NCBI RefSeq assembly: GCF_004010195.1
Contig: NC_057750.1
Coordinates: 16,198,550 to 16,262,549 of the forward strand
DNA length: 64,000 bases
Direction: 5' to 3'
From: Chiloscyllium plagiosum
Taxonomy: Eukaryota
Part shown: positions 50,161-63,579 of the stretch, in pieces
How positions within the stretch are numbered: the stretch's first letter is position 1
Layout of the letters: each line of letters opens with the position of its first letter
Made by a program: the position numbers and the translations under genes
The notes under the pieces: generated by a model
Told to the model about the DNA's origin: nothing
The model's database searches: none
What the model saw: only the letters and a program-made list of their open reading frames with translations

Positions 50161-51504
50161 GGGTTTTTTTTTTGTTAGAGAAAGGAAACTTTGACACTAG
50201 TTATAAAAGGCAGTCTTTTAAATGCCATGCTTGAAGAATAGGTGGACTTGGGAGTTACAGAGACTGATGATATGAAGTAGGAATGACCGTTTTGGGGGAA
50301 TACTTGTTGCAAGTTGCGATCGTTAGTAGAGTTCAAGCAATTCCAGAGTCTAAATGCAAGCAATCTTTTGCTGGTTTAGCTAAAGCCTGTCCTAGCAAGA
50401 ATCGTAGGTTTCACCAGAGGGCAAACATAATTCTTGATGGGAAAGGAATTTACAGACCACTGTCAGAAGAGCAGGGGATTGGGAGTAACTGGGTAGATCT
50501 GCCATGACTAGCATGTTGAGACTAATGGCTGCCTCATGCAGGTTAGAGGAACTTCTTTAATGGTAATAATATTACAGTATATTTTCTAAAGAAAATTGAT
50601 CAAATCAGGTATTTGCTTGAGAATTTGAAAATCTCACACATCAGTTTGTGATTCTCCTCTGACTTGGTTCTCACGTTCACACATCCACTTTAGCTGGGGT
50701 TTAAGAATCCACTTCTTTTCGTGTGTGACTGCAGCACACTACTTGTGTTCAGCTGTAAAAGTGACCTATCCTTTGAACCTTTGGTTGTAAATAACACCCT
50801 CTTCTTTAGAAGACAATGTGCTTCTTGCATCAGATCTCAACACAAGTTAAATCCCTGAAAATGAATAGATATTTAACCATGAGAGAGCTTGTTGAAGTTG
50901 CAGATCTGCATGAGATTATTGAAACTCTGATGAGGTGGCATTGTTCAAAGAACTTGCTCACAATTTATGAATGTTGTAACTTGTGCCACATTCCTTTACA
51001 CCAGAATGGAGATTGAGAGGAGTCTCGTGAGCTTTGGAAAAGATTTAGTTGGAGGTTCATCTGATTACAGGTTTATTATCCTGTTATCTGGGTACTTAGT
51101 ATGTTGATGTAAAATGATTAAAGTTTATGATACCCTGGCTTTTCTACTAACTTTCCTATGTTTAACTCTTTACTGTGGTAAGCAAGCAGGTTTGATTATA
51201 TTTTGCACTTTGCCAAAATGTTCTCTCCAGCAATTTTCCTGGAAAGAAACTGATTTTTTGTTAGTCTGCAGCATCAAGAATTGTCAGCACTTAATGGTTG
51301 TGCTATTGAATATTTTTTAACCTGGTATTTTAACAAAGGAGGTGTTTACTGCTGCATTATGATCCATTTTTACACCTAGAAAAGCTGGACCTTTATCCCA
51401 TTTGTCATTTTCTTGTGCAAACGTTGATATTTTGGGACTTATCCACGATGGTGTGTTCAAAACAAAGCCACCTTTTGACCTCTATATTTTCATATAATTG
51501 TGGG

Positions 51505-51957
51505 ATCCCCACATGTGAAAGAAGGCCATTCATCCCATCAATCCACACTGACCCTCTGAAGAGCATCCCACCCAGACCTTATCCCCTTATCCCATATTTC
51601 ATTGGCCTGTAGGAGCAAACAGGAGGACCCAAAGGAAATCCATGGGTAACTGGGAGAACTTAACACAGTTACCCAAATCTGGAATCGAAATAGATCCCTG
51701 GCATTGTGAGGCAACAGTGCTAACCACTGAGCCACCATTTTCTTTCACTTTTTCATTGTTCTATATTTACCCCTGACTAATGCACCTATCTTACATGGGT
51801 AATTTAGTATGGCCAATTCACCTAACCTGCACATCTTTGGATTGTGGGAGGAAACCAGAGCACCCGGAGGAAACCCACGCAGACACTGGGAGAATGTCCA
51901 AACCCCATACAGCCGCGTGAGGCAGCAGTGCTAAACACTGAGCTACCGTGCCACCCT
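51505..51957 (-). mobile_element. Two adjacent degenerate HE1-type SINE pieces
   Basis: Two tRNA heads (gtgaggca.cagtgctaa.cactgagc at about 51710 and 51920) and V-domain sequence. Confidence 0.75.
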
Positions 51958-52957
51958 GCATTTTCTCTCTCATGAATATTTTCAGCTTCTATTACTGGTG
52001 ATCAGTAATTGGGACCTTTTTTGCAGTTCCTCCTTCTGAGGTGCTAATTAACTTGAGACAATAAATCTTAATTTTCCATTTTCTTAGGACCATAATTGGG
52101 AGCTCCCAGGTACATCTGCAATTGACTATTGTGATTCTCAGCTTAAATGCCAAGTAAGGTTTGTATCATGGCTGTGAAATTTATTCATCTCCAACAGTGC
52201 ACATTTCAGTAAGTCCCTAGTATGAACCTTGTTGATTTCTAAACCCCTTTCATCTCAGTTCTGTCCATTTGCAACTTGGGTTGAGATGAGGTGGCAAGAG
52301 ACACAGCTGGTTTTGAAACTGGGATCACCAGGCCTGTGGTAATGCTCTGTGCCTCACTGGATACTGTATTTTGCTAATGGAGTGAAAGTTAGCCCTTTGT
52401 ATTCAGTAGTGGAGTTCTGAATGGAAGTCTGGTCTATAAATTAGACTTTTTGCAGTTTTGCTTCACTGAATAATTCCAAAACAAAATCTTAGTAACAAAT
52501 GTTCTTTTCTCTAATTTCATAACGTACATGATACCCTCTCCTTACCGAATATTCAGAATTTAGTTTCTTGTTGAAAATGAAGTAAGAGAAAACAAAACGC
52601 TTTTTTCACTTTGAAGCATTATTTCTATCTTGTGCTCCAAAAACATTCAGTGGATTAAAACAAGTATATTCCTCTTTCAGTTTTTGCTGTCACCCTCTTT
52701 AAGTAATTCCTTGCAGAATTCAACCTAGGTTGAGTGCTCGTGAGTATCTAAGAAGCAAAATCACTTGGACAACTATGTTTTAAATTATGTTTTAAAGCTT
52801 TTTAACTGTTAAATTACGTTTTAGTTTGATTTTATAGACATAGATTACATTTGAATGGAGAGTAAAATAAATTAGAAGAATTTTCACAACAAAGCCCCCC
52901 GCACAGAGTATAACCAGTCAGTCTATTGTGCTACTGATCACAAGCCTCGATCATTGT

Positions 52958-53275
52958 GGGTGGCACGGTGGCACAGTGGTTAGCACTGCTGCCTCACAGC
53001 GCCTGAGACCTGGGTTCAATTCCTGCCTCAGGCGACTGACTGTGTGGAGTTTGCACGTTCTCCCCGTGTCTGCGTGGGTTTCCTCCGGGTGCTCCGGTTT
53101 CCTCCCACAGTCCAAAGATGTGCAGGGTCAGGTGAATTGGCCATACTAAATTGCCCGTAGTGTTAGGTAAGGGGTAAATGTAGGGGTATGGGTGGGTTTC
53201 GCTTCGGCGGGTCGGTGTGGACTTGTTGGGCCGAAGGGCCTGTTTCCACACTGTAATATAATCTAATCTAATCTA
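52958..53275 (+). mobile_element. Young full-length HE1-type V-SINE
   Basis: A box tggcacagtggttag, B box ggttcaattcc, V-domain, (ATCTA)n tail; near-identical to the reverse complement of 19321-19639. Confidence 0.92.
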
Positions 53276-55029
53276 AAAAAAAAATAATCTAATCATTTTT
53301 ACACAATGTCACAGTCTGCCAAGACACATCATGCATTGTTTTGGTAGTGTTTGGTCATGCAGTATTCTCTATTACAACAAACTAAAAGTGAGTAACAGAA
53401 AACAGTGAAGATTTTAATTAATTGAAAGTAGTCTGTTTATGTACGTCTTTAATAGTGAGCATTTAGCATTGACCCTGGCATAACTATTGAGCTTGATTCT
53501 GTCTCAGTGTATACTTGCAAACCAGGTTTGCCAAGGAGTTTTTGAGAACAGGAATATCGGCTAACTACTGCATTAAACCAAGGTTAGCTGTGGCCACTCT
53601 TAATGTCCTGGGTGCAAGAACACTTCTTGGCTTAATGTAGTGTTGAAGGGCTTAATACAGTGAATGTTTAGCATGAGTGGAAAGGGGGGTTAAAAAAAAG
53701 AGAGTAAGTGTAGGATTGACCTGAAGTCATAGACAAAGGCTGGGAACTGGCCAAGATGTTCCAGAGTGCAAGTGTGTAGTGGCTGAATGAACAGTCATCG
53801 CTGGTGAGGGGTGAACATGTGGAAAAGAATGATATTTAAGACACAATCAATTTGTCAGGCCTGTTACATAGCCAGTTGCTGCAGTCTTTCTAGCTTTTTA
53901 ATACCATCTTAGTAATCCAAAAGTGCAACCTGGTGCCATTCTTCACTTCTGATTAAGCAGTGTCGAGTGTGGAACTCTGATTCAGAGAGTTGGATTTCCT
54001 GCTCAGGAAACGGTGCAGTTCTTAACGTAAAATAGCTTGTCTCATTGTCAGTGGTTAGATCAGTGATGATGATAAAGGTAATAATGTGACAAAATTAAGG
54101 AATCGAATAGATTATTGTACTTTGAGCTCATGTTCACTTGTTAAATTTTAAGCAAGAGCATTTCATTGAAGAGGACATTGTTTTGGCAAATATGAATTCT
54201 TGTGAAATTTTAGCATTTTCTATTCTTCGCTCCCAATTACCCTCGCAAGGCTAAACCTAAATAACGTTTTTTTTCCCTATAAAGTACATTTCAGTCCAGT
54301 TTATTGTCTTTGAGTGAAATGTTATCCTTGGTCATTATGGAACAGAAGTGTAGAAGTATCTAGCTTCCTTGTTAATTAGATGTGGCTCTAACAGAAAACC
54401 GAAGATGTTGTAAATAAAAGATGCCATTAGTATTCTAATATATGGCTGTCTACCTTTTTTGGAAAAAGAGAAATGTTAAAACAAGACTTCTGACTATGGA
54501 CGTTTGAGCTGCTATCTCTCAAAATGAATTGTCACTGGAACCAGCTTTAGTATTAATGGATCAACATTCTGGAATTTCCTCCCTGATGGCATTGTGACTG
54601 AACTGGCAGTGCATGGACTGTAGTGGTTCAAGAAGATAACTCCTGCTACCTCCTTGAGATCAGCTAAGGGTGAGCTATCCCAGCCAGCGACTCCTATGAA
54701 TGAAGAAAAAAGAAATGCTGCTTTGGTGTTTCATCTTAGTGTTGCTGGTTCCTAGTGTCTCAGCTCATGCAGCCAGTAGCAGCAACATAGTTAATTTAGT
54801 GAAACCAGGCAGCAACCCCCTTACAAAAATAAAAAATTTTCCTTGCTAGAGCCATTATTGACGAGTGCAAAAGCTGAACTAATCTGAAACTAGGTAGAAG
54901 TAGTTTCTCTAGGGAGTGTAGAGAAATTAAAATTTTACCATTCAGTTGCCAGCTTGTCCATGTTATTTTCCCATTTAACTATGTGTTATGCAGTTGAAGG
55001 TGTGTACTTTATCTTTGCGAGAGTGAATG

Positions 55030-55724
55030 CTGTTTTGCACTGAGAACTTACAAGCACCTGTCATATGATTAACTAGCAGTCTCACTTCTGGAAAATTCAG
55101 AATCTGTAACATTTGGCTGTAAAATAGATACCCAAGTTGGTGGTTGTTTTGACAACAATTCAAATTTAGCCAGTTTAAATTATGATACTAAAACCCAAAC
55201 GAGTTTGAATTTATTGTTTTACCAACATTGAACCAATGAGACGATCTGATGTTGGGGAATAAAAAGGACACGTATTTTGAAAGTGAAACAGAGTAACTAC
55301 CATCGACAGAATAACTGCCATCGAAACACTCTCTATCAAATATACCTTTTCATAGAAGAATACTTGCATTAAAAGAAAGCTGACTACCCAGGGAGATCTT
55401 CAGCTGGAAGAAGACACTGACAAGGACAGCCGCTGTGTGGTTTTGAAATTAAATTGATGTAATTTTAATAAGTGTTTTTCTTGGAACAGTATATTGTTAG
55501 AGTTGGAGGCAGATAACAAGCACTTAAGAGAAAGGGAGGCATGGAGTTGTGAACATTTGTTGTTTAATGTTCACTTTTAGAGTTGAATAAATTGATATTA
55601 TTTTCTTTAAATAGTGGAATTTGGGGGTTCCATGTCATTCTTCTTTTAACAGATTACAAGGCAAGGTGAGCTTTTCTGGGTGTTTGGTTTAATTACCAGA
55701 AGGGTTCACTGCCAAGTCATAACA
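55030..55724 (+). mobile_element. Possible LTR remnant
   Basis: Ends ...gtcataaCA with AATAAA about 140 nt upstream; no 5' TG end or TSD identified. Confidence 0.3.
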
Positions 55725-58700
55725 TCGTATCTCTGTGGGTTAGTGCTCACTTGGGGCTGTTAATGTATTGAATTTACTTCTGTATGCCCTAAAATTGGGT
55801 TTGTTGGGTGTGGGCTCTCACTCAATTGTGGTCCATGGGCACTGACGCCCTTGGATATTGTGATATTGGCCACTGTAAAATATGCAAACTCAAGCTATAG
55901 AGTATCAACAGACAAATGATCTTAATCATAATCACTGGTAACTCTGATAATTGCATAAATGTACTTTCCACCAAGACTTAGTCAGAAACAATTGGAAGAT
56001 CAGGCTTGGTTGATCGACTTTTTTTTTGTTTTGCCAGCTCATGGCAAACAGACCAATTCAAGCATCGCTATTGTTTAGCCAGCTGACAAAAAAGGCTGGA
56101 TAATTGAATCGGCGTGTACTGTCTGTAGGTTAGCGCGTTTTGCGTTTATCTGCATTGGGGAAAATGGCAAGCTGTTTTATCACTCCCATTTTCTAGTTTT
56201 GCCTCTCATTCGGTGACCTTGTGGGTGTCAATAAGGAAATTCCATGCAGATTGAGTGTGACGACATGCTGGTTGAGCAATTTAATAATTACAGTTTAAAT
56301 TACATCTGGTTTTCATGAAGCAAGTATGTGGTTTGCCACTATTAACTAAATTTATGTCAGGAACTAATCTTGGATATTTAGACCTGGCTTATGGATGATC
56401 TCAGCAAATCCTTGAGAATTGGCAGCTGTTACTAGTCTAATTACCATTATAATCCTGAGTGCTTGAGAGAATTCAGATTGTTTTAAAATATTCCACATGA
56501 TTTATGAACTTGCACAGCTCTGATCACTTTCAATTAAATTTCTTTTTAGCTAAAGTGTTATAATCTATGCATTGACCGAGTGTGCCACAAATTTCAAACA
56601 GCAAAGAATCCCCTGAGGAAGTGGTATATATGGGAAGGTGTCCTCAGCACACTTCTGGAATGCACGGTCTATAATCAACAGACTAATGTGACAAGCCCTT
56701 TTTAGCATTTGTTTGAAATGAAGGATCTTTCTTCATGTACAGGTAAATCACTGAGATTTTATAGCAACTTCCTGATCATTTCTCTTACATCTTCCATGTG
56801 CTTCATGCTGAGCAAGGAGACCTTAAAGTAGATGCAGCACACTCTCACATTTGGGTGTGAAAGCTGTTCTTTTGATCTTGTACTTGTGCTATCTGTGTTT
56901 TGCAAGTAGGCATGCTGCCTTTAAGCATGTGGCACACTTTTCATGTGCTGTGTGGCACATTAGGTGAAGAGATTGATCTTATAGTCGTCTTCACACTCCC
57001 CTGCCCGTCTGCTGCTAACTTAATTGCCAATATGTCCAGCTAAGGCTAATGGCTCAATTATTTTGCTCCCTCTGGCAGCCCCTGAAGACAAGACATTACT
57101 GAAGGAGATGAAATTGGTTGTATAGATACTTGTATAGGCGTTGGTCATGTTTTGCAGCCCTGTTGGCTGAGTGACTGAAGTGATTTCAACAAAGAAAGTT
57201 CACTTGTAGTCTCTGAACTACTACAGGACAGGGAGGATCAGAGTGCACCATGGCCAAATAAAATCATAAACCACAACTTTAAGAATGTTTTGATAGTACT
57301 GAAATGTTACTCCCTGGCAATGTGGGTTTGAATTCCCTAAATGTTCTCACCCCATTGATTGTGTCACTTCTTGCATAATAGTGTAAAGTGACAACATGAT
57401 TTACACGTATGGACACTCTTGGGATGTACCACATCTGATTCTCCGGCCTCTATGCTGCATGAAGTTGCTGAATGCTGCACTACCTTAGAATAGAAGCTCT
57501 TCCTCTGTGCCAAATCTCTTGGGGGACAAAAAGCATCTGAAACAGTGTTTGCTTGTGTGATAGACATTTAAAGTTGTTTAAATGTGGATTCAGGAACAAC
57601 AGCCAAAACTTTATGATCATAGGCAACGATGTATTTACATAGTGATCATCATTTGCAGGAAATGGTTCCATTGAAAACAGTTCCATAGAAAACAGGCAGC
57701 ATTAATGACTTACTTAGGTGCTCTATGTGCATGTTTATTCAAATGAGCATAATGCAAATTTCATTTCCTCTCGATTATAAAGGCAATCTAACTTGATTCA
57801 GGCAAGGGTGTATGATTCCTCAAGTGAGGGAGTATTTGAAATGCTCAGTTTTGGGCCACCTTCATTACTTCCAGCTTCCAACAATGACTTCAATTTTGAC
57901 CTCAGACCAATATTTCAGAGGCATTTGTTGAATTTGTCATGGTGGTGAGCTGCTTGGTGTCTATTTGATAGGATTCATCCTCATCATCACTGTATCCACG
58001 TGTGTTTAGATTGCCCAAGCATAGAAAAATAATGTTCCTTATCTGTCTTTATCTATGGCCGGTTCTGCTAACATGAACCACGGTTCTGCTAACATGAACC
58101 ACCAAATTTTTTTTTTTTTAGAACAATTTTCCTCTAACATTGAACGAATCTTTCACTTTCACAAGAATATGCAAGACTTATACATGGCAATACAGTGCCC
58201 TTTTGACATTGCTCGCCTATTCACTATAATACCTCAGAAGGAAACCATTGACATTTGCACCAGGTTACTATAACATGGCAGGTGCGATTTGCAACCAATG
58301 TCTAAATCTGTTTTCAACAAAGTTATGAACTTGGCAACTCATTGGGTTGAATTCAGTTTCAATGATGCCATGTAGATGGTGTTGATATGAGAACCTTCTC
58401 GGCCCAGTTGTCACTAACCTCTTAGTTGGCTTCCATGAGAAGCATGTCTACTCCTTCCATATGTGTGATACATAGCTGACAAGTTTGCTGCATTTGAATC
58501 TGTAGCCATATCTAATAATTTCCTAACAAATTTCAATAAACCCCATCCTGTATGCAAGTTCACCTTTTAAAATGGAGCAGGCAAAGTAGCACCCTCTCTT
58601 CAACATGCAAATTGGAAAATCTTTTGATGTGGCTTTACTATCTACTGTAAGACTCTGTTTACTAGTCCATATATACTTTAGGATTCTTATGATTCCAAAA

Positions 58701-58969
58701 GCCACAAGATCAGCCTTATCAGCAAACTCTTAAGTAGGGTCCTAGACATTTGCTAATCACATAAGTTTGTTAAGATAGTGCATATTAAAACTATCATCTG
58801 GGATAATGGCTACCCTGATCATATTATTGATCACTGTATATCCCACCAACTCATAAATCGGGCCCAAACCTCCCACAATTGGTCATGATAGCCAGTATAA
58901 TTCTGATTAATGCTGGAAAGGACAAGTGTGTCTCAAAATTTGAGCAACAGGTGAAGCTAACCAATTATA

Positions 58970-59465
58970 GACTCAGTTATATAGCACGGAAATAAACATT
59001 TTTGTCAAACCTATCCATGCCGACCAGATTTCCTAAATTGATCTCATCCCATCTGACAGGATTTGGCCTGTACCCCTCTAAACCCTTCCTGATCATGTAC
59101 CCATCCAAATGCCTTTTAAATGCTGTAATTGTACCAGACGACTCCACTTCCTCTTGTGGCTCATTCTATATAAGCACCACCATCTGCATTTCCCCTGAGG
59201 TCCCTTTTAAATCTTTTCCTTCTCACCTTAAACCTGTGCCATCTCGTTTTGGATTCCCATATCCTGGAAGAAAACCTTGGCTGTTCACCCTATCCACCCC
59301 CCTCATGATTTTATAAATCTCGATAAGGGTAGCCCTCAGTCTCCAATGCTCCAGCCTATTCAGTCTCTCCCTGTAGCTCAAAACCTCCAATCCCAGCATA
59401 TCCTTCAATCTTTTCTGAACCCATTCAAGTTTCACAACATCTTTCCTATAGCAAGGAAATCAGAA
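58970..59465 (-). mobile_element. CR1 3' fragment
   Basis: LSYRERLNRL..LIEIYKIMRGVDRVN. Confidence 0.85.
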
Positions 59466-62014
59466 TCTCATGCTGCTACTTTGAAGTAAATGCAAGTGGT
59501 ATTCTCCAGTAATAGAATGCTGCCACTGTGTCAGAAAGCCATTTTGCCTACCACACAATTGAGTAATATATTACAAGTTTTAATATATTACAAGTTGTAA
59601 CATTGGTGTGATCCCAGGTAAAGAGACTGTACCTCTCAATGACTAGTGGGTCACATTCAGCTGACTTTTGTGCACCTAAGTCCCACAAACACTGAAATAC
59701 ATAATCGATTTATTTTTGGTGATGTGGTTGCTGTGGGATTTGTTTTGTACTCACTTGAGGCAGATGGGGACTTGGTTTGTCTTAGCCCAACATGGCATCC
59801 CTGATGGTGTCGCACTCCATTATTATTGTACTGATGTGTTAGTGTAGTGTCAGCTCTCCATTATGATTTGAAGCCTTGAGTTTATCCTTGGCATCTCTAA
59901 TCTTGGCCCCAATTTCGTACACAAGATTCTGGTGCTGTAGTGCCTCCAGAAACATGGCACAAAATCTGAGAAAAGAGTGCTTATGTAAAGTTTTCATTTT
60001 CTAACTAGGATTACTTGCTAAACATTTTATATAAAGGGAATACATGTTAAAATGCAAATTGAATAAACAAGTACATTGTTCCATTGTTTCAATGTGCTGT
60101 TAAAGTGCGCACATTTTTGTATAGTGACTGCATCTAAAAATTAATTGTAAAAAAAAAACTTTGAAACATCCTGAGGGCTTGAATTGTAATGTAGAAGCTC
60201 CTCCTTTCTTAAGTAAATTGATTGAGCAAATGATGAATATTTACTTTTGGACGATGCACCAATCCACTCAGCGTGGTTAATGCTTAGTTCTTGTTCTTTG
60301 GATGCAAGAGATTCTGAATCAACCACATGTTATGTATTTAAAAATGGGACTTCGTGAAGTAAGCGATTCGGAATAGGGTTGACTTCCTTCCTTTCTTTTG
60401 TCGTCTTGCTGCTCTTCTATTTCCCATTCTTCTACTCCCTTTTGTACTTAAGCCTGACCAAAGACTCCTAACATTAATGTGTGAAGGTGCTTTTCTTAAT
60501 GACCTGCGTAAGTTCCTTTCTCCACAGCGCATTTTGTAGGTTAGGTGCAATGCTAGTCACTGTGAGAATCTTCACCTTTTCAGACTCTCTGGGGAAACTT
60601 ATTTCTGTAGTCTCATCCTAATGAATGGAAAATGAGTAAAATTGAAGAGCCGAGTCTGTTTGTTGAAGCACACTCCTTACAAGGAGACGTGAATACAATC
60701 CCCTACTTTGAACCTGCATTTGTTCAGCAAATGATGTTCTGCCTTTAATATGCAGCACAGGCTTTGCATCAAAGCTTCAGGTAGATGGTATAATGAAAAT
60801 AAATGCCTTTTGGGAACCATTTGTTGGCTTTAAAATTTTTAAATCACTGAAGCCAGGCTGGTGTTTCGGACATCTCATTTTTTTTCTCTCATGTCGGCTG
60901 ACTCTTGCTCAGCATGGTTCCTCTATTGCTTTGTGTAAGTGCATGTTTTATGTGAGCCTAGATGGTGAGCATTGGCAAGAAGATTTTCACAGGGAGCATC
61001 ATAACCAACCCTGCTCTGACCTGCACAAAGATGTATTTAGTAATAGTGCTACCACAAGATAAAGATAAAGGAAGACACTCTTGTTGACTTGCTTCTCCTC
61101 ATCCTGCCTCCTTTCTTCTTCCTAGGCCTTGCCTTTCACCCTTAGTTAGGGTCTATTGTAGAAATAAGTATTTCCCTGTGATTGATGGCAAGTAGCCTCA
61201 GTGGAAAACATGTGCAACTTGAACAAGAAGTTTCATTCTTCATTATTTTACTCTTATTTCCACTTCTCCCACAATGCTGGTTGATCATCCTTCCCCATCT
61301 CCCCCTGTCAGTCTCCAGTCCTTTCAAATCCACAACATCTGAAGTCTTTTGCCACCATATCCTTCCATCTGCTCTTGGAATTTCCTTTTCTCCTTTTTGA
61401 CATATTTTTATGATCATTGCTCACCTCACAACATGGTTCTGTCCCTCCCTCAGGAACAGATGACTACACCATTTCAATCTTGTCTTGGCTGTCTAGGAAT
61501 CTAGAATCATGCTGTTCATAGTTCAAAGCATACTTTCCTTGTTTACTGTCTGATCACTCTCAGCTCGTGCTTGTGTTCCCTTGGCATCGGTCACTATTCA
61601 GTAACTTGCCTGATGGGCTACCTTTTGTATGTGAGTGGCTAATCAAGCTATTCTTTTTGACTATCCAGTGGGCTGCTCATTTTAGTTATCAGAAGATTGA
61701 CCAGCATTCTCGGTTCTCTAGTATGAAATCAGTATTTTGTGGATCAGTGCCTTCAAGTGAAGAGTAGAGGAAATATGCTGAAGGCATGTGTTTTAATCTG
61801 CAGGTACTGTCATGTGCAAGAGGGATTATGGCACTTCTGTTTGCAGAGTACAAGGACATTTGGACAATCTTGCACTACACGTTTGATCGTGAATAATTCC
61901 ATATAAATCTCAAGTCAGTGATTTGTGTTAGACATTGGTTAGCATCAAGCAAAGCTTAACAAATAATTGCATATGTGTACAAGTATTTTAATGGATCAAT
62001 AAGTAAATCATTCC

Positions 62015-63250
62015 AACAAAGTTGTTGGAGAGAATGCTAATGGACAGGATTTACATGTATTTGGAAAAGCATGGACTGATTAGGGATAGCCGACATGGCT
62101 TTGTGTTTGGGAAATTGGGTCTCGCTAACTTGATTGAGTTTTTTTGAAGTAACGAAGAGAATTGATGAGGCCAGAATGGTGGACATGATCCATATGGAGA
62201 AACAAATTACTGCAGATGCTGGAATCGGCTGAAAACAACAAATGTTGGAACACAGCTGGTCAGATAGCATCCATGGCAAGAGAGCAAGCTAACGCTCAGA
62301 GTCTAGATGACTCTTCAAAGCTGAAGTGGAGGGGACAGCATTTATGCTGTAGTTTAGAGGGGAGCGGGGGTGGTGTGGGATAGTGGGTGTAGGGCCCTGA
62401 TGGAGAAAAGATGCTGATAGTTCAGATTAAGTGATCACCCCCACCCCCTAAATTATAGTATTAATGCTGTCCCCTCTACGCTTCTCTTCAGCTCTGATGA
62501 AGATTCATCTAGACTCAAAATGTTAGCTTGCTCTCTCTCCATGGATGCTGTCTGACCTGCTATGATCTTCAATATTTCTGATCTATGTGGACTAAGTAAG
62601 GTGTTTAACAAGGTTCCCCATGGTAGACTGGTTGGCAAGGGTAGATCACATCGAATACAGGAAGAACTAGCCATTTGGATACAGAACTGGCTTGAAGGTA
62701 GAAGTGGTGGTGGAGGGTTGATTTTCAGACTAGAGGCCTATGACCAGTGGTGCACCACAAGGATCGGTGCTGGGTCCACTGCTTTTCGTAATTATATAAA
62801 TGATTTGGATGTGGATGTAGGAGGTGTGGTTAATACGTTTGTAGATGACACCAAGATTGGAGGTGTAGCAAAGAAGATTACCTCCTGAGTACAATGGGAT
62901 CTTGACCAGATAGGCCAGTGGGCAGAAGAGTAGCAGATGGAGTTTAATTTTGTTAAATGTGAGGTACTGCATTTTGGAAAGGCAAATCTCAGCAGGGCTT
63001 ATACACTTAATGGTAAGGTCCTAAGGAGTGTTGCTGAACAGAGAGAGTATGGTGTGTAAGTTCATAGTTCCTTGAAAGTGGAGTTGCAAGTAGATTGGTT
63101 AGTGAAGATCACAGATGGTATGCTTGCCTTTATTGGTCAGAGCGTTGAGTATAAGAGTTGAGAGGTCATGTTGCAGCTATACGTGACATTGGCTAGGCCA
63201 CTTTTGGAATATTGTGTGCAATTTTGGAGTCCTTGTTATAGGAAGGAAAC
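62015..63250 (+). mobile_element. CR1 RT fragment with nested PLE-derived insertion
   Basis: SKVFNKVPHGRLVGK..WIQNWLEG; YINDLDV..TFVDDTKIG. Confidence 0.87.
62199..62579. mobile_element. Penelope-derived inverted-repeat element with degenerate hammerhead motifs
   Basis: Inverted arms; flanked by gatccatatgga/gatctatgtgga (putative 12-bp TSD); + strand AGCT-CTGATGA-A-GATTC-atcta-GACTC-aAAA-t-GTT-AGCT at 62490-62528. Confidence 0.78.
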
Positions 63251-63262
63251 TTAGTGTTATAG

Positions 63263-63574
63263 AGATTAGATTAGATTCCCTACAGTGTGGAAACAAACAG
63301 GCCCTTTGGCCCAACAAGTCCACACCGACCCTCCGAAGGGCAACCTACCCAGACCCATTTCCCTACATTTACCCCTGCACCTAACACGGGCAATTTAGCA
63401 TGGCCAATTCACCTAACTGGCACATCTTTGGATTGTGGGAGGAAACCGGAGCACCCGGAGGAAACCCACACAGACACTGGGAGAATGTGCAATCTCCTCA
63501 CACTCAGTTGCCCGGGTGGGAATTGAACCTGGGTCCCTGGCGCTGTGAGGCAGCAGTGCTAACCACTGAGCCAC
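63263..63574 (-). mobile_element. HE1-type V-SINE
   Basis: (AGATT)n tail, V-domain, tRNA head. Confidence 0.88.
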
Positions 63575-63579
63575 TTGCT

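Noticed and set aside
52958..53030. tRNA gene-like A/B boxes (also near 10204, 19570, 63520)
   Set aside because: Heads of HE1-type SINEs followed by V-domain and tail; not tRNA genes.
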